Origin: Diplonema japonicum | Taxonomy: Eukaryota; Protista; Euglenozoa: Diplonemea | DNA: 64,000 bases | Assembly: GCA_964019335.1 (NCBI GenBank) | Contig: OZ025650.1 | Coordinates: 806,001-870,000 of the forward strand | Direction of reading: 5' to 3' | Part shown: positions 13,055 through 25,052 of the stretch, in pieces | Position numbering within the stretch: position 1 is the stretch's first letter | How the letters are laid out: every line of letters begins with the position of its first letter | Program-made: the position numbers and the translations under genes | The notes under the pieces: generated by a model | Databases searched by the model: none | What the model was told of the DNA's origin: nothing | Seen by the model: the letters and a program-made list of their open reading frames with translations, nothing else

Positions 13055-15767
13055 ATGCCCGAGAGCGAAGCAGGATCTGCTGCGGTATGCGAACAAAAAC
13101 CTGGGCAAAAAAAAAAAAGACAACCTGGGGAAAAAAAAAAAAGAAGAAAAAGAAAAAAAAAAAAAAAAAAAAACACACAGAGTAGCATCAAACGAAGAAG
13201 AAGAGCGAGAAAAAGCGATACACAGCAACAAGGAACCGCAGACCAAGAAAGTCCACCAGGCAGAGGCAGGATAGGCGGCACAAGCCAAAGTCAATATGAA
13301 GACGATATGCGATCGACAGCGGAGTCGAGAGTCGTGGTTATGGAAAGGGTATGTGGACTTCATAGATCTCGCGCTTCAGCTTTTTCTCTTTACACAGGAA
13401 AGCCATCTTGCCCCATTGGGCTACAACGACCCTTTTAAAATGACGGTGGCCCCACCTGCATGGGAGCAAGAACTTGCAAGTGAGGTTCCTCAAACTGTGG
13501 TGGAGGACCCTTTGTCAGGTCAGGAAGCCGCCGGATGGGACATGTTCCCCCAGGGCGATCCATTGCTGTTCTGGGGGTCTGATGTGAAGCTTTCCGAGTA
13601 CGGTGCCATGTCCCAAGGTTTCTTTGAGACCTGGGTGAAGGGTAATGAAACGGGTGCAGCACATTACCATCAAGAGATGACGAAGATGTTCCTGAATGGG
13701 GCGACAGAGCTCGACGTGAGCCTCACCCACATGAAGGAATACAGCGAGGACTTGTACAAAAATACCGTAAAATACCCATTGGAAGCCATCCCGCTGTTGC
13801 AGGAACAAGCTAACGTCACCTTCCAGAAAGTCGTACAGATTCTGGACGAGCACGATTCGGAGATCCCAAAGATAGACCTGAGGATATGTGGCATGCCTGC
13901 AGTGACCAACCTCCGTGGCCTGACTGTAGAGGACTTGGGGAACGTCGTTTGTGTGAATGGCATGGTCGTGAGGGTAAGCAAGATCCTGCCAGAGATGAAG
14001 GTGGCTTTGTTCGAATGCAGAGAATGCTTTCACAAGGAGATGGTGCAGGAAGAGCGAGGGAAGATAGAGGAGCCCGTGCGGTGTTCGAACTGCGGGAAGC
14101 ACCTCGGGTTCGAACTCAAGCACAACCAGTGCCACTTCACCGATAAACAGTTCGTTCGATTGCAAGAATCCCCAGATGCTACCCCTGAAGGCGAGACCCC
14201 GGCATCTGTCTCCATTACTCTTTATTCTTCATTAGTGGACAGCATAGTGCCCGGCGACCGTGTGGAACTCACTGGTGTGTACAAGTCGGCACCGGTGAGG
14301 GTTTCGGGGAATTCGAGAATTTGCAAATCCGTGTTTAAAACCTTCGTCGACGCCACGCATGTCTTGAAAACGTCAAAAGGGAAGCAAAGCTACTCCTTCT
14401 CAGAAGAACAGACAGCAGAACAAGACCAAGAAGACCCTCAAAAAGCGGAGCTCGTCGACCGCATCCATGAAGCATCGAAACAACCTGACCTGTACAAGAT
14501 TCTAACACGATCCATCGCACCTGGCATCCACGGCATGGAGGACGTGAAGCTGGGGGTTCTGTGCCAACTTTTCGGTGGCACTGCGAAGTCCTTCACGATG
14601 TGCTCGACCAGAAGTGAGATCAACATCCTTCTCTGCGGGGATCCTGGTGTTGCGAAGAGTCAGATCTTAACTCATGTAAACTCTATCACAACGCGAGGCA
14701 TCTACACCTCTGGGAAGGGAAGCTCTTCGGTCGGTCTCACTGCTTACGTAGCCAGGGATGCAGACACGGGCGAGTTCGTGTTGGAGTCAGGTGCATTGGT
14801 TTTATCCGACAAAGGGATCTGTTGCATTGACGAGTTTGACAAGATGGACGACAGCACGCGGTCGGTGCTTCACGAGGTGATGGAGCAGCAGACAGTCTCG
14901 ATAGCGAAGGCAGGCATCATCTGCACGCTGAACGCGCGGTCTTCGATTCTAGCAGCGGCAAACCCCAAGGAGAGCACGTGGAACAAAGACCAGAATATTC
15001 TGAAGAACCTGGACATCTCGTCTACCTTGCTTTCAAGGTTCGATTTGATTTACCTACTTCTCGATTTAAAAGACACTGCTTTGGACAGAGCACTGTCTCT
15101 GCATATCTGCAAGCTGTATACAGCGTTAGGGATGAAGGTCGACGACAAGGAAGCAGAGACCAAGCAAGCAGCCGATTCCAACAACACAGCACCATTGGCG
15201 ACAGGCCCCCCTGGGTTGGAAATCTTCAACTTGAGCTCTTTAACAAAATATGTCTCTTACGCCAAAGCAAGGATCCGGCCACGGCTGAGCAAAGACGCCT
15301 CGTCTAAACTGGTGCAGTGTTATGTGGAAATGCGGAAATCTCGCGGAGGGAGGAATGTTGTCACCGCTACAACCCGACAGCTTGAAGCCATGATACGTAT
15401 CAGCGAAGCACACGCCAAGATGCGACTTTCAAATGAAGTGACAACTCACGACGTCCTCGCTGCCAAGAAGCTTATTGAAACTGCTTTAAAAGACTCCTGC
15501 ATCGACAAAGAGACAGGGATGCTTATCTCAGCCGGCGGCGACTCCCACTCGGGGGTCACCACCGCCACTATCATCCGTCACATCCAAGACCTTGTCGTGC
15601 AGAACAAGTGGTCCAAGCAGAAGATCCCCATGACGGAGGTGAAGAACCAGGTGATCGACTGTCTTCAAAACGGGATCAGCAAGGCGGACCTGTCGGACGC
15701 GTGCAGCGTGTTGTTATCGAGGGGCATCATCGACCCCATCGTGGACGACTGCCTGCCTTTCAAATAG
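13055..15767 (+). CDS. MCM4: DNA replication licensing factor MCM4; introns 13085-13180, 13349-13397
   Basis: Zn finger CRECF..CSNC, RSEINILLCGDPG.AKSQ, YTSGKGSS.VGLTAYV, CCIDEFDKM, SRFD arginine finger; N-terminal exons recovered by splicing. Confidence 0.9.
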
Positions 15768-15916
15768 AGGCAGAGGCAGAGGCAGGGGTTGGGTGGTTGA
15801 ATCGTTTGTTTTTTAAGCTAGACATTCATTAGATTTTTCTTCTTTCGTTTTCAGCCTGCCCGCTTTTTCTCTTTGCTGAATCACGCCACCAAAGACATCC
15901 ATATAGGAGTAGTAAA

Positions 15917-17479
15917 ATGCCCGACGACGGCGATTACGATGACTCCAGCAGTTGCCGGGGCTCAGACGAAGAGGATGAAAACGCAAAAGACCAAAAGATT
16001 ATGACAGACCGACAGCAGAGGAAGAGGAGAAACCGAGCATGGGAAGACGAAGACTCAGCAGAAGATTCTACCAAGGACGAAGAGGAAGAGGACGAAGAGA
16101 TACCCGGTGATGACGCGATGCCGCCCCCGCAACTGCCGATGCATAGGAACCTAGGGAAGATGATGCCGCCGCCTCCGAAAAAGAGAGCAAGCCTCCAAAT
16201 ACCCCTACCACAGCAACGCAAACAGGAACAGCCCTCCGAAGACGATGCGTTTTTGGACGATTTTTTGGACGAAAATGAGAAAAAAGACAGTGGAGGGAAA
16301 ACAGATCTAGACTCGTTCCTCGATGGGATCATGAAGGGGGCGGGGCTGAAGGACGCGGACATACCCTCGGCAGGGGTTGGGAAAAAAGCAGCGGAGGGTG
16401 AAGATTTTGATATGTTTGCAGACGACGACGAGGAAGAGGCTGAAGAAACAGAGCAGCAAAAACTCGAAAAAATCCTGAAAGAAAAGGGCCTCAGCGAAAA
16501 CTCCGATGGCGGGGTGAAGACAAGAGCAGTCCCTGAATGGGGGCTGAACATGGGGTTCGGGACAGAGAAAAAAGAACCGCAGGAACCACCACCACTCCCC
16601 ACGCCCACCTCGAATGTGCATAGCATGCCGACCATGTCTTTTGATATGTTTGGTGACGATGACTGCGACAACAACAACGCTGACGGTGCGTCCAGTGCAA
16701 GAGCAGCTGCCTTGAAGGAGCAGGGCAATGCTTTTGTGAAGAGAAGGGAATTCAGCGATGCTGTTCAATGTTACACAGAAGCCCTTGAACTGAATGGGTG
16801 CGAGGAGCATCTCCTCCTCTCCAACAGAAGCAACGCTTATCTATCGCTGAAGCTCTACAAGAAAGCTTACGTAGACGCCGCAACATGCGTGCAGTCCAAC
16901 CCTTCCTGGTTCAAGGGCTACCTCCGCAAAGCATTGATTCTCAAGGAGATCGGATGCTTCACAGATGCAAACGCTGTTGTGCGTGAAGGTCTGGAACATG
17001 CGAGTGATGCGTTGAGCAGAGCAGCGCTGCAGGGGTGTTTGTGTGAGGGAAAGCCGGATGAGAAGAATGAAAAAAACGAGTTCTTAACTTCAAAACGGAC
17101 GCACGCCGCATCAGGAACCGCTTTTTTTAAGCAAAAAGAGTACTCGAAAGCAACTAGGGAATACACCACTTCCTTAAAAACCGACCCTTCAGACATCAGC
17201 TTGCTCCTTAACAGGGCTGCGTGCTTCAATCATCTGAGGAATTTCACGGCAGCATTAGCCGATGCACAAGCCGCTCAGAAAATGTCACCGAAGCACCCAA
17301 AGGCGTACCTCCGACTGGCTGTGGCCTACAAGGGCTTGAACCGTATGCCTGACGCGCAGCATGCAGTAGGGCAAGGTCTTGAGCTGCACCCCTCCGACAA
17401 GGCGTTGGGTCAGCTGCGCAGCGAGATGAACGCAAACATCGAAAAGGAAAACAGTTTAATGGCGTCGCTGTTTAAGTGA
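15917..17479 (+). CDS. Acidic N-terminus plus two TPR clusters (STI1/RPAP3-like co-chaperone)
   Basis: LKEQGNAFV..AVQCYTEAL..LLSNRS..WFKGYLRKA carboxylate-clamp-type TPR, repeated. Confidence 0.75.
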   Translation: MPDDGDYDDSSSCRGSDEEDENAKDQKIMTDRQQRKRRNRAWEDEDSAEDSTKDEEEEDEEIPGDDAMPPPQLPMHRNLGKMMPPPPKKRASLQIPLPQQRKQEQPSEDDAFLDDFLDENEKKDSGGKTDLDSFLDGIMKGAGLKDADIPSAGVGKKAAEGEDFDMFADDDEEEAEETEQQKLEKILKEKGLSENSDGGVKTRAVPEWGLNMGFGTEKKEPQEPPPLPTPTSNVHSMPTMSFDMFGDDDCDNNNADGASSARAAALKEQGNAFVKRREFSDAVQCYTEALELNGCEEHLLLSNRSNAYLSLKLYKKAYVDAATCVQSNPSWFKGYLRKALILKEIGCFTDANAVVREGLEHASDALSRAALQGCLCEGKPDEKNEKNEFLTSKRTHAASGTAFFKQKEYSKATREYTTSLKTDPSDISLLLNRAACFNHLRNFTAALADAQAAQKMSPKHPKAYLRLAVAYKGLNRMPDAQHAVGQGLELHPSDKALGQLRSEMNANIEKENSLMASLFK

Positions 17480-17616
17480 CCGGGCAGTAGGTGAGTGTGT
17501 TATTCGCCTCCCCGTTTTGTGATGTTCTTTTTTTTTTTTTTTTAAATCAATCATAATAAAGGAGGTTGCCTACCTATACACGAGACTTAAAAAAATTCAA
17601 TAAAATTAGAAACAAA

Positions 17617-18200
17617 ATGGCTTCTCGACTAAGCAGGGACCTAGCAGAGGTGGACAGTGCGAGTGATCTGATTGTTCCCGACGATCCTGGCAACAACAGG
17701 TTTCCCTGCTGTGTCGTGTGGGGACCTTTGCCTTGCCTAACCTGGATGTTCCCCTTCATAGGGCATATGGGAATTGCAGACTCGAGTGGTAAGGTGCATG
17801 ACTTTGCAGGCCCCTACACAGTCCTTGTTGACAGGTTCATGATAGGAAAGGTGCGAAGGATATTTAGAGTTGATGTGTATGCGATACTTTACAGTTTTTT
17901 TGTTTAATACCTTTTCTCTCTCCAAGATCTATGACCAATGGTCCCAAGGCCTGGGACGAAGCTATCGCGAAAGCGGACCAAGAGTACTCTGGACGGATGC
18001 ACAACCTCTTCTGCAATAACTGCCACCACCACACTGCTCAGGCACTTACTAACTTTGGGATCCGTAGTACCCAGTTTTCTGTGCTCCGCAGTCTCCTCTT
18101 CCAAGGTGAGTGGGTGGACTGCCCTAGCATCTTGTGTATTGTGGTGCCCTTCCTTGCTGTGGTGGGGGTTGTCGTGTTGATATCACTGTTGGCTTCATAA
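17617..18200 (+). CDS. TMEM222/RTE1-like membrane protein; intron 17877-17926
   Basis: RFPCCVVWGPLPCLTWMFPFIGHMGIADSSGKVHDFAG and HNLFCNNCHHH motifs. Confidence 0.85.
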
Positions 18201-18693
18201 ATGAACGGGAAGAGGGGGGGTGGTATTATGGCCTCTTTTCCCTTTTACGTTGACACTTCATCCGTCATAACAGGGCCCGTACTTCTTTATAAGCAATATG
18301 AAAGCACTCCACGTCACACTCACGAGCTAGTGTGCAGGGCTCAACGTCGGGTGTCACGCCAAAGCAGACGATGTGCAGGCACAACAAGAAATATGATTTC
18401 GTAGCTGAGAAGAGTCCCTCAGTGACCTCACTGGGTTAAGGCGACATCGCCTGTCAACTGTCAGCGAGCGACAACCAACAAGGATCTTACTTGATTCATC
18501 TTTTTTATCCAGTTCAACCTTTTTCTTTCCTATCGCTTTACAGGGCCGGGATCTAAAAAGCTTTTCTTTCTTTTTTTTAGATCATGTAAGGATTACTCCA
18601 TTGTTGAACACTAAACGAAAGGTGGGTTGGGTGGACCTATACAAAAAGAAAGAGGGTTTTTTTTTTTTTTTTTAAAAAAAAAAGAAAGTTATA

Positions 18694-18797
18694 ATGAGCA
18701 ATATCGAAGAGGTACAGGAGTTGGTTAGGAATTTGCAGAGAGAATGGTTGTCGATAAAATTGGAAGACGCAGCTGTATGTTGATGGGATTGATTTCA

Positions 18798-18828
<31 letters not shown>

Positions 18829-20102
18829 AAAACAGGGTGATGAGGCAGGCCAGAAAATGAAGGAAGATTACCTAGAAGCGGAGAAGCGAAAGGCTGCACT
18901 TGTAACAGAGAAGGAGCAACTGTTAAAACAGTTAGACGGGCTTGAGGAGAAGAAGCAGCTCGACACGAAGCAAGTGCGTGCCGATGTCGCGGACCTTATT
19001 TCCCTCACCTCGAAGGAGGCGGAGGGCGAAAACAAGCTTGGCGATGTGGACCCTTTGGCGTGCTGCGAAGACCTCATCCTCACCTGCATGGAGAGGGAGA
19101 CTGAGCTCCAGGATCTCTACAAACAAATCGAATCCGCCGAAAAGGAAGATCAAGATGTCAAAGAAAGACTGAGGGTGCTTCAACAAAAAGCCCCCAGCAC
19201 AATTCCCAAAGTCATCCAAGAGAAGGATGCCATCATGGCCTCCATCGACGACGCATGGAGGCTCGAGAAGGCCAGGCTGAACAAGGTACATTTTTCTTTA
19301 ACAAAAAAAAGCCCCCCCCCCCCCCAACAGCACCACTCCGACCTCACGAAGAAGCAAAAGCAGCTTTCATGGCACCTCAACAGAGGGTCGTACATCAAGC
19401 AGCAGCCTGTTGACCCACGTACTACTGGTATGATAATAAAGTGAGGTGGATATTTTAAAAAATAAAATAAATCAAAGGCCAATTCGGTAGCAAGGGTAAG
19501 GTGGAGATCAAGGAGCACCGTTTGGAAATTTGGGAAGAGAAGCTGGTGCAGGAGTACTTGGTATGTTTGAATGCAACTGCGAAACCACACCTCAGGAATC
19601 GAAAGGCAGTGCAGAGGACCACAAGCTACAGAAAATCCAAGTGGCATGCACCTACGAGAGGACAAGGTCGGACTTCGAAGACAGAGTGGACGGGAAGAGA
19701 GGGTTGCCTGGGTCCCGACCAGCGCTTGATGACATGATCGCTGCCCTGAAGGTGTGAGGGGGGGGGGGAATAAACAATTCTTGCAGACCCAACTTGTGCG
19801 TGAGGGGAAGACATGCAAGGATCTTGTCAACGAGAACGCAGAGCTCAAGGCTCTCAAGAAACAGATGGAGGCCGAGGTGAAGGAACAGAGAAAATACAGC
19901 CAACAGCTTATGGACACCCAGCACAGGCAAGAGCTGGAGGCACGGGTAGAAGAGAGACAAAAAGCTATGATGGAAAACAAGAAGCCCCAACCCAGAGCCA
20001 CGCCACTTCAGATGTATGCTGGAAATAAAACAAAAACAAAACAAAACAAACAGAATGGAGGGCGGTGTCTCTGGAAAGAAACGTTTCGAACCGCGTCACT
20101 GA
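18694..20102 (+). CDS. Coiled-coil hypothetical protein, 7 exons (introns 18775-18835, 19286-19330, 19428-19477, 19561-19595, 19752-19786, 20014-20053)
   Basis: Six GT-AG introns join the ORF fragments into one open frame. Confidence 0.7.
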
Positions 20103-20593
20103 GGTCTTTTCTTATTTCTATGAAGGGGCAGCAGAAGGAAAGAAGGGTGGAGAGGGGGGGGAAAAAATGGATGCGTGCGCTCCACTTTTTTATTTTTCAT
20201 CTTTCCTTCTACAATTGTTATTAGGGAGTGTTTTTTTTTTGTTTTTGTTTTTTTTTTTGTTCTCTTTTTTCGTTTTTTTTCTTTTTCCTTCCCTTTTTAC
20301 AGCCCCTTCTATTTTTTTTGTTCCCCTTCCCCCCTTACTTTCATTTTTTTTTTCCACCATTCAAAATCCACACGCACGTACTAGTGTCTTTTTTTTTTTT
20401 TATTCTTTGTTCTTTATGTGCTCCCCCCATTTTACCCCTCCCCCCGTAGTTCCCATTTTCTTTTAGCTCAAAAAGGTGTTTCCTTCGCTTCTCTTTTTCT
20501 TCTTTCTTTTTTCTGCCCTGTCCCCTACTACGATTATGTTTTTTTTCTTCTCTTCGCTTTCCCTTTTTTAAGACTTCCAAAAGCACCCTCAGG

Positions 20594-22780
20594 ATGCCCC
20601 GAAGGAGGAAGGAGGGATGTCCCAGAACCGAGGAAATCTTGCGTGCGGCAGATGAAGCGCAACACGACTACAGAGCGAAGCGTGAGAGGCTTTTGAGTAA
20701 GGATGGCGAAGTTGTGCCCTTAGGGTTGAGAGAAGGTGAGGTCGTGCACGTATTGAAGGGGGACGTGCTGCCCTTAATGAAGGGGGCACCAAAATTCGAT
20801 TTCAGCGAGATATTTGGAGAGATGGGAGGGGAGAAGAAGAAGACCGAGCAGAACCAGGGAACAGAGGGCGAGAGGGTTGCAGACAGCATCTCCGAGAGCC
20901 GGAAGTTACTAGTCGACGTGCTGCAAGCACATCATCACAAAAATGTAGGGAACGCAACGGCCCCACCCGCAGCCAGTGCACTGCCTGAGGTGGTGCGTCC
21001 AAAGACACCCGACGCAGTGAAGCAGATGGGACGCGGTGAGGACTACTACGCTCCGAAACGAAAAAAGCGCCGCCCGAAAGAAGACGGTGCCATCCGCAAC
21101 GGCTCCTCTCCTGACGCCTTCGACCCCCGCCCACCCGAACCCTTCTCCGACAGGAACTCGTCAAAAGGAGTTACACGAAAACTGTACCAGTTCGTCAACG
21201 TCTCCTACAGAAGGGTCCAGAGGTGCAAGTTCGGGACTGTCAAGGGAACCGACGAGGCACCTGCGACGTGCCCTTTCAAAACGAAGGCCGTTGTGACCCC
21301 CCGTGCAGACCTTGACGACATGTCCTTGCAGCAGTATTCCCTGGAGGCGATCAGAGAGCGCACGAAGAGTGAGAAACCACGTGTTTTCAGTCTGACACAA
21401 TGCTCGCCCACTTCGCAGTCACAGCCACAGTCACGGTCGCACATGTTCGCGCCTGTGCCCCCTTCGAAGGGGTTGGAAAGGAGTTTTAAAAAAAAGGGCA
21501 GCTTCATATCTCACGAGCTGAAACAAATGACGGCCGACCTGCGGGAGGTGGAGGGTGACGACGAGACGCAAGAGACCATCGGCGGGCAGTACGCGTTAGC
21601 ATATAAGAGGACAACCCACAAGGAACCCGTGGAGCCCAGGGAGCCCCAGGCATACAGGTGCTTCAAGCAAGGTCTCGAGAACCGGACGTACGCCTTGAAC
21701 AACCGCTGCTTGGCGGAGCTGGAACGGTGTGACCAAAGGAGGAGGATGTTCTTTTCGAATAAATATGAGGTTCTAGGCGAGCTGTCAGAGTTGAGAAACG
21801 GGAAACACAGCACATGGCTGCCCGCTGCGGAGGAGCTCCAGAAGACCATCCAGAGCATCGCCGTTGCGAAGGACGCCAAACAGCGACAAGAGAAGAGACA
21901 GGCGTTCCTAGACTGTGCTAGGGCTGTCATCGATGAGTATTATTACTATGTAACGGACTGCTATGTGCTGCTGGATAAACTAAGCTCGTTGTTCAACTCT
22001 GAAAGTGTTGTGAACATGGACCAAAAGGTTTTCTTCACGCTGCTGTACCAGTTCCCGACGTCACGGTTGCTGCAAGACGGGTTCAGGCAGGTGTTGGATT
22101 TGGTGCGGCCGATCTTCAGGGTTGAAGACGAGCAGTGGAGGGTCTTTTTGAACGAGAGGTTTTCGAAGTTCCAAAGTACAAACATTAATTTGCTCCTTGA
22201 GACACATGAAGCAAAGATGTCGCAGCCCCCCTCTCAGACACCTCTGCGGATGTCGCTCAGACTCTTTTCTATCAAACACGTCGACCGCGACCCTACCACC
22301 TGCCAGATGATGCTGACAGTGCGGTGTGACGGGGTGTGGTCGAGGCCCAAGAGCTACCCCTTTGACGAGTCCGAGTTGCGGTCGGAGATAAAAACTTCCA
22401 TAAAAAAGACGAACAAACCTGTCTGGAACGAAGAGGTCACCATCGGCTTTGAGCGCCCGTCCACTGTGGAGTTTCTTCTGTACGATCTGAATGAGGTTGA
22501 CGGGAACCCCTGGTTCCAAGGGCACATCAACCTTGACCACTACTGCTCAAAGATGTACAAGCAAGTTCGCACGAAGATCACTGTGCATCTACACACACAT
22601 GCATTCCCCTTGCCCCAAGAAACAGAAATCCCTGCAGGAGGGAAAGCAGGTGACGGAGCCGATGCACAGCAGGCGACAAAATCTCCAAAAGACCCGAACA
22701 GCGCAGAGTTGCTCATCTCCATCGAGGCATTGAACTTCGGGCAGGAACCCGACAAACGAAGCAACATGAGGCAGAAGTGA
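20594..22780 (+). CDS. Hypothetical 728-aa protein with a C-terminal C2-like domain
   Basis: KTSIKKTNKPVWNEEVTI..VEFLLYD is C2-like; long ORF. Confidence 0.65.
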   Translation: MPRRRKEGCPRTEEILRAADEAQHDYRAKRERLLSKDGEVVPLGLREGEVVHVLKGDVLPLMKGAPKFDFSEIFGEMGGEKKKTEQNQGTEGERVADSISESRKLLVDVLQAHHHKNVGNATAPPAASALPEVVRPKTPDAVKQMGRGEDYYAPKRKKRRPKEDGAIRNGSSPDAFDPRPPEPFSDRNSSKGVTRKLYQFVNVSYRRVQRCKFGTVKGTDEAPATCPFKTKAVVTPRADLDDMSLQQYSLEAIRERTKSEKPRVFSLTQCSPTSQSQPQSRSHMFAPVPPSKGLERSFKKKGSFISHELKQMTADLREVEGDDETQETIGGQYALAYKRTTHKEPVEPREPQAYRCFKQGLENRTYALNNRCLAELERCDQRRRMFFSNKYEVLGELSELRNGKHSTWLPAAEELQKTIQSIAVAKDAKQRQEKRQAFLDCARAVIDEYYYYVTDCYVLLDKLSSLFNSESVVNMDQKVFFTLLYQFPTSRLLQDGFRQVLDLVRPIFRVEDEQWRVFLNERFSKFQSTNINLLLETHEAKMSQPPSQTPLRMSLRLFSIKHVDRDPTTCQMMLTVRCDGVWSRPKSYPFDESELRSEIKTSIKKTNKPVWNEEVTIGFERPSTVEFLLYDLNEVDGNPWFQGHINLDHYCSKMYKQVRTKITVHLHTHAFPLPQETEIPAGGKAGDGADAQQATKSPKDPNSAELLISIEALNFGQEPDKRSNMRQK

Positions 22781-23067
22781 AAACAAACCAAACTGGGGGG
22801 GGGGGGGGGGGGGGGGGGGGGTCAACAACATTTCCCCCCCCCTTCTCCCTCCTTTTTTGTTTGTTTTGTTTTGTTATTATTCTTCTTCGTTTTTTTTAGT
22901 CAACCCCCCCCCCCTTTTTGTAGTTAAAAAGTTTCTCATTTACGTTTCGTGCTGTTGCTAATATTTGTTTTAATCACCGCTCTACCAACGACACACCCCT
23001 TTCCCCCCTAAAGGTTCTTCCCCCCCCCCCCCCCCCCCCCTCCTCCCCCTTTTTTTTTACTGAAACA

Positions 23068-23520
23068 ATGGCACCTACATTTGATCAACTGCTGATGCAC
23101 CGGCTGGCGAGGCTAGGGGGTGTCGGGGCTGATGACAGGGTGGGGTCTGCAGGGGCTGCTGCGCGACGTACGAAATTTGCAAAGTTGCAAAGATTGCCAT
23201 CAGCAGGGCAAGAGGAAGGCGGTGCAGTACATACAGGGATGCGAAAAAGATTAATTAAACCTCTGCAGCCCGAGATCTTTGGGGTGCAAAACCCTGTGAG
23301 ACAAAAAGGCCCCTCACTTTATGAAAGGCGCTACCTTTCAAGGAAGACGCGACAGGCTGCTGAGCCGACACCCTTCCAGCCCTCTCTGAAGCACTTCCGC
23401 ACTGGCCATTCTGTCTGGGGGCTGAAGAAGCGCAACTATGCCCCACCCAACCCACCCCCACAGCAGCATCACTACAGAACAACTTCACGTCCCCGCGGAA
23501 CTGTCGTGAAAAGGGTTTAA
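23068..23520 (+). CDS. Basic hypothetical protein (150 aa)
   Basis: ORF follows a pyrimidine tract and has coding-like composition; no recognised domain. Confidence 0.5.
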   Translation: MAPTFDQLLMHRLARLGGVGADDRVGSAGAAARRTKFAKLQRLPSAGQEEGGAVHTGMRKRLIKPLQPEIFGVQNPVRQKGPSLYERRYLSRKTRQAAEPTPFQPSLKHFRTGHSVWGLKKRNYAPPNPPPQQHHYRTTSRPRGTVVKRV

Positions 23521-25052
23521 AAAAAAAGGGATTTCCTCCTCGCTTAATTTCTTATTATTATTATTATTATTCTCCTACTTTATCTAGTTCATTTACACAT
23601 CCTACCCCTTTCCCTTTCCCTTCCCCATAAAATGTATTGTTTTTTTCCCCCTCTTTCCATTCCCAGAAGGGTCTTTGAGGGAATCATTCGGGACAACCAC
23701 AGCCTGTTATTGGGCAAGGCTGTGTGTCAATTTATTTTCATTTTTTTTTTGTGTTTCTAGTGTAGGACATCCGGGAGACGAAAGAAAACCCGGACAAATC
23801 CTGCTAAACACACTGGTTCCCCCCCCCTTTTTTTTCTCTTCTTCAGCTACTGCAAGCCTCTTAATTTTAGGAGGTCCTCGGGAAAATTCGTTGAAGTTAA
23901 AGTTTACAGTGGCCTTTAGTATCCTTTTTTGTTTCTATCCACCGACCGCCGTTCGGCACTTTAAAGGCAGGAAGGCGTGGGAAAAAAAAAAAAAAAAAAA
24001 AAAAAACAGAAATGGGTCTACACCATGCAATTAGTGTATTCAATCAATGTGTGCTAAAAGAACGAATGGAAAAAAAAAAGTACGTATTTTCTTGCATTTA
24101 TTATCCCCTTTTTCTTTATTTTCCGCTTCGAGAGAGCGTTTCTACGCTCTGGCTGCGAGTACCTGTAAAGGCCTGCTTACATTTTATTTATTTGTTTCGA
24201 TTCGCGGTGAGACAACGGGGGGAAGGAAGGGAGGTTTCAACCTTCGAAAGGATGGGATACTGATGGTTGCAAACCCATGTATCTGGAATGGGGCTTTTCT
24301 CCCCCCGAGTGTGAATTTTTCTACAATTTCTTTTTTTTTTCCAGCCCTTCTTCTTCTTTTTTTTTCTTTTTTTTTCTTCTTCTTCGTTTCGAATGAAAAA
24401 ATAGCCGGATTTTTTGTTTGTTTAACCTGATGCACACCGCGACCTATCTCCGGGGGGGTCCAATTTTGCAATTTTGAGCAGCATGCAAGGAGAGTTCACT
24501 AAAGGTCGGGAAAAAAGAAGGCAGTATTTACAGAGTTATTGCTCTCAGGGTACGTGGAGCGCTGAAAATATAGTGGAAAAAGAGCCGTATGTAAATAGGA
24601 GGCTGAACTTGTGAAAACAAGATTAAAACGGCGGCACATAGCCTTCTCTGAGTATCAGGATGGAAACAAGAACCTCTTCCTGGCAGAAGGACGGGAATCA
24701 CCGAGATGCTCTTCGCCAAGCCTTTCCTTGAACTCTGCCAAAGCAAAATCCTCACAGCAGAAGAATATCTTTTTGTACCCTTCCAAGTTCGGTCTTTTTT
24801 GTTGTCCCACCATGTGCCCTCTTTTCAAATCGAACACGACGTGAAGAAGAAGAAGAAGAAAAAAAGAAAAGAGTTGTGAAGGAAAGAAAATAATAAAGCA
24901 TGCCCACACATCATATTTGCCCCCCCCCCCCCCCCCCCCTCCCCCTTTTTTTATCCACTTCACTTCTTCCCTTTCACTGGTTTTTTCTCTTCTCCTCAAG
25001 TACTGACTGAACCTTTAAAAAAAAATAGAACTAAAAAAAAAAAAAAGCAACA

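Noticed and set aside
14630-14665. MCM7 assignment from GDPGVAKSQ
   Set aside because: Surrounding motifs (EINILLC, YTSGKGSS, AGIICTLNAR) fit MCM4 better
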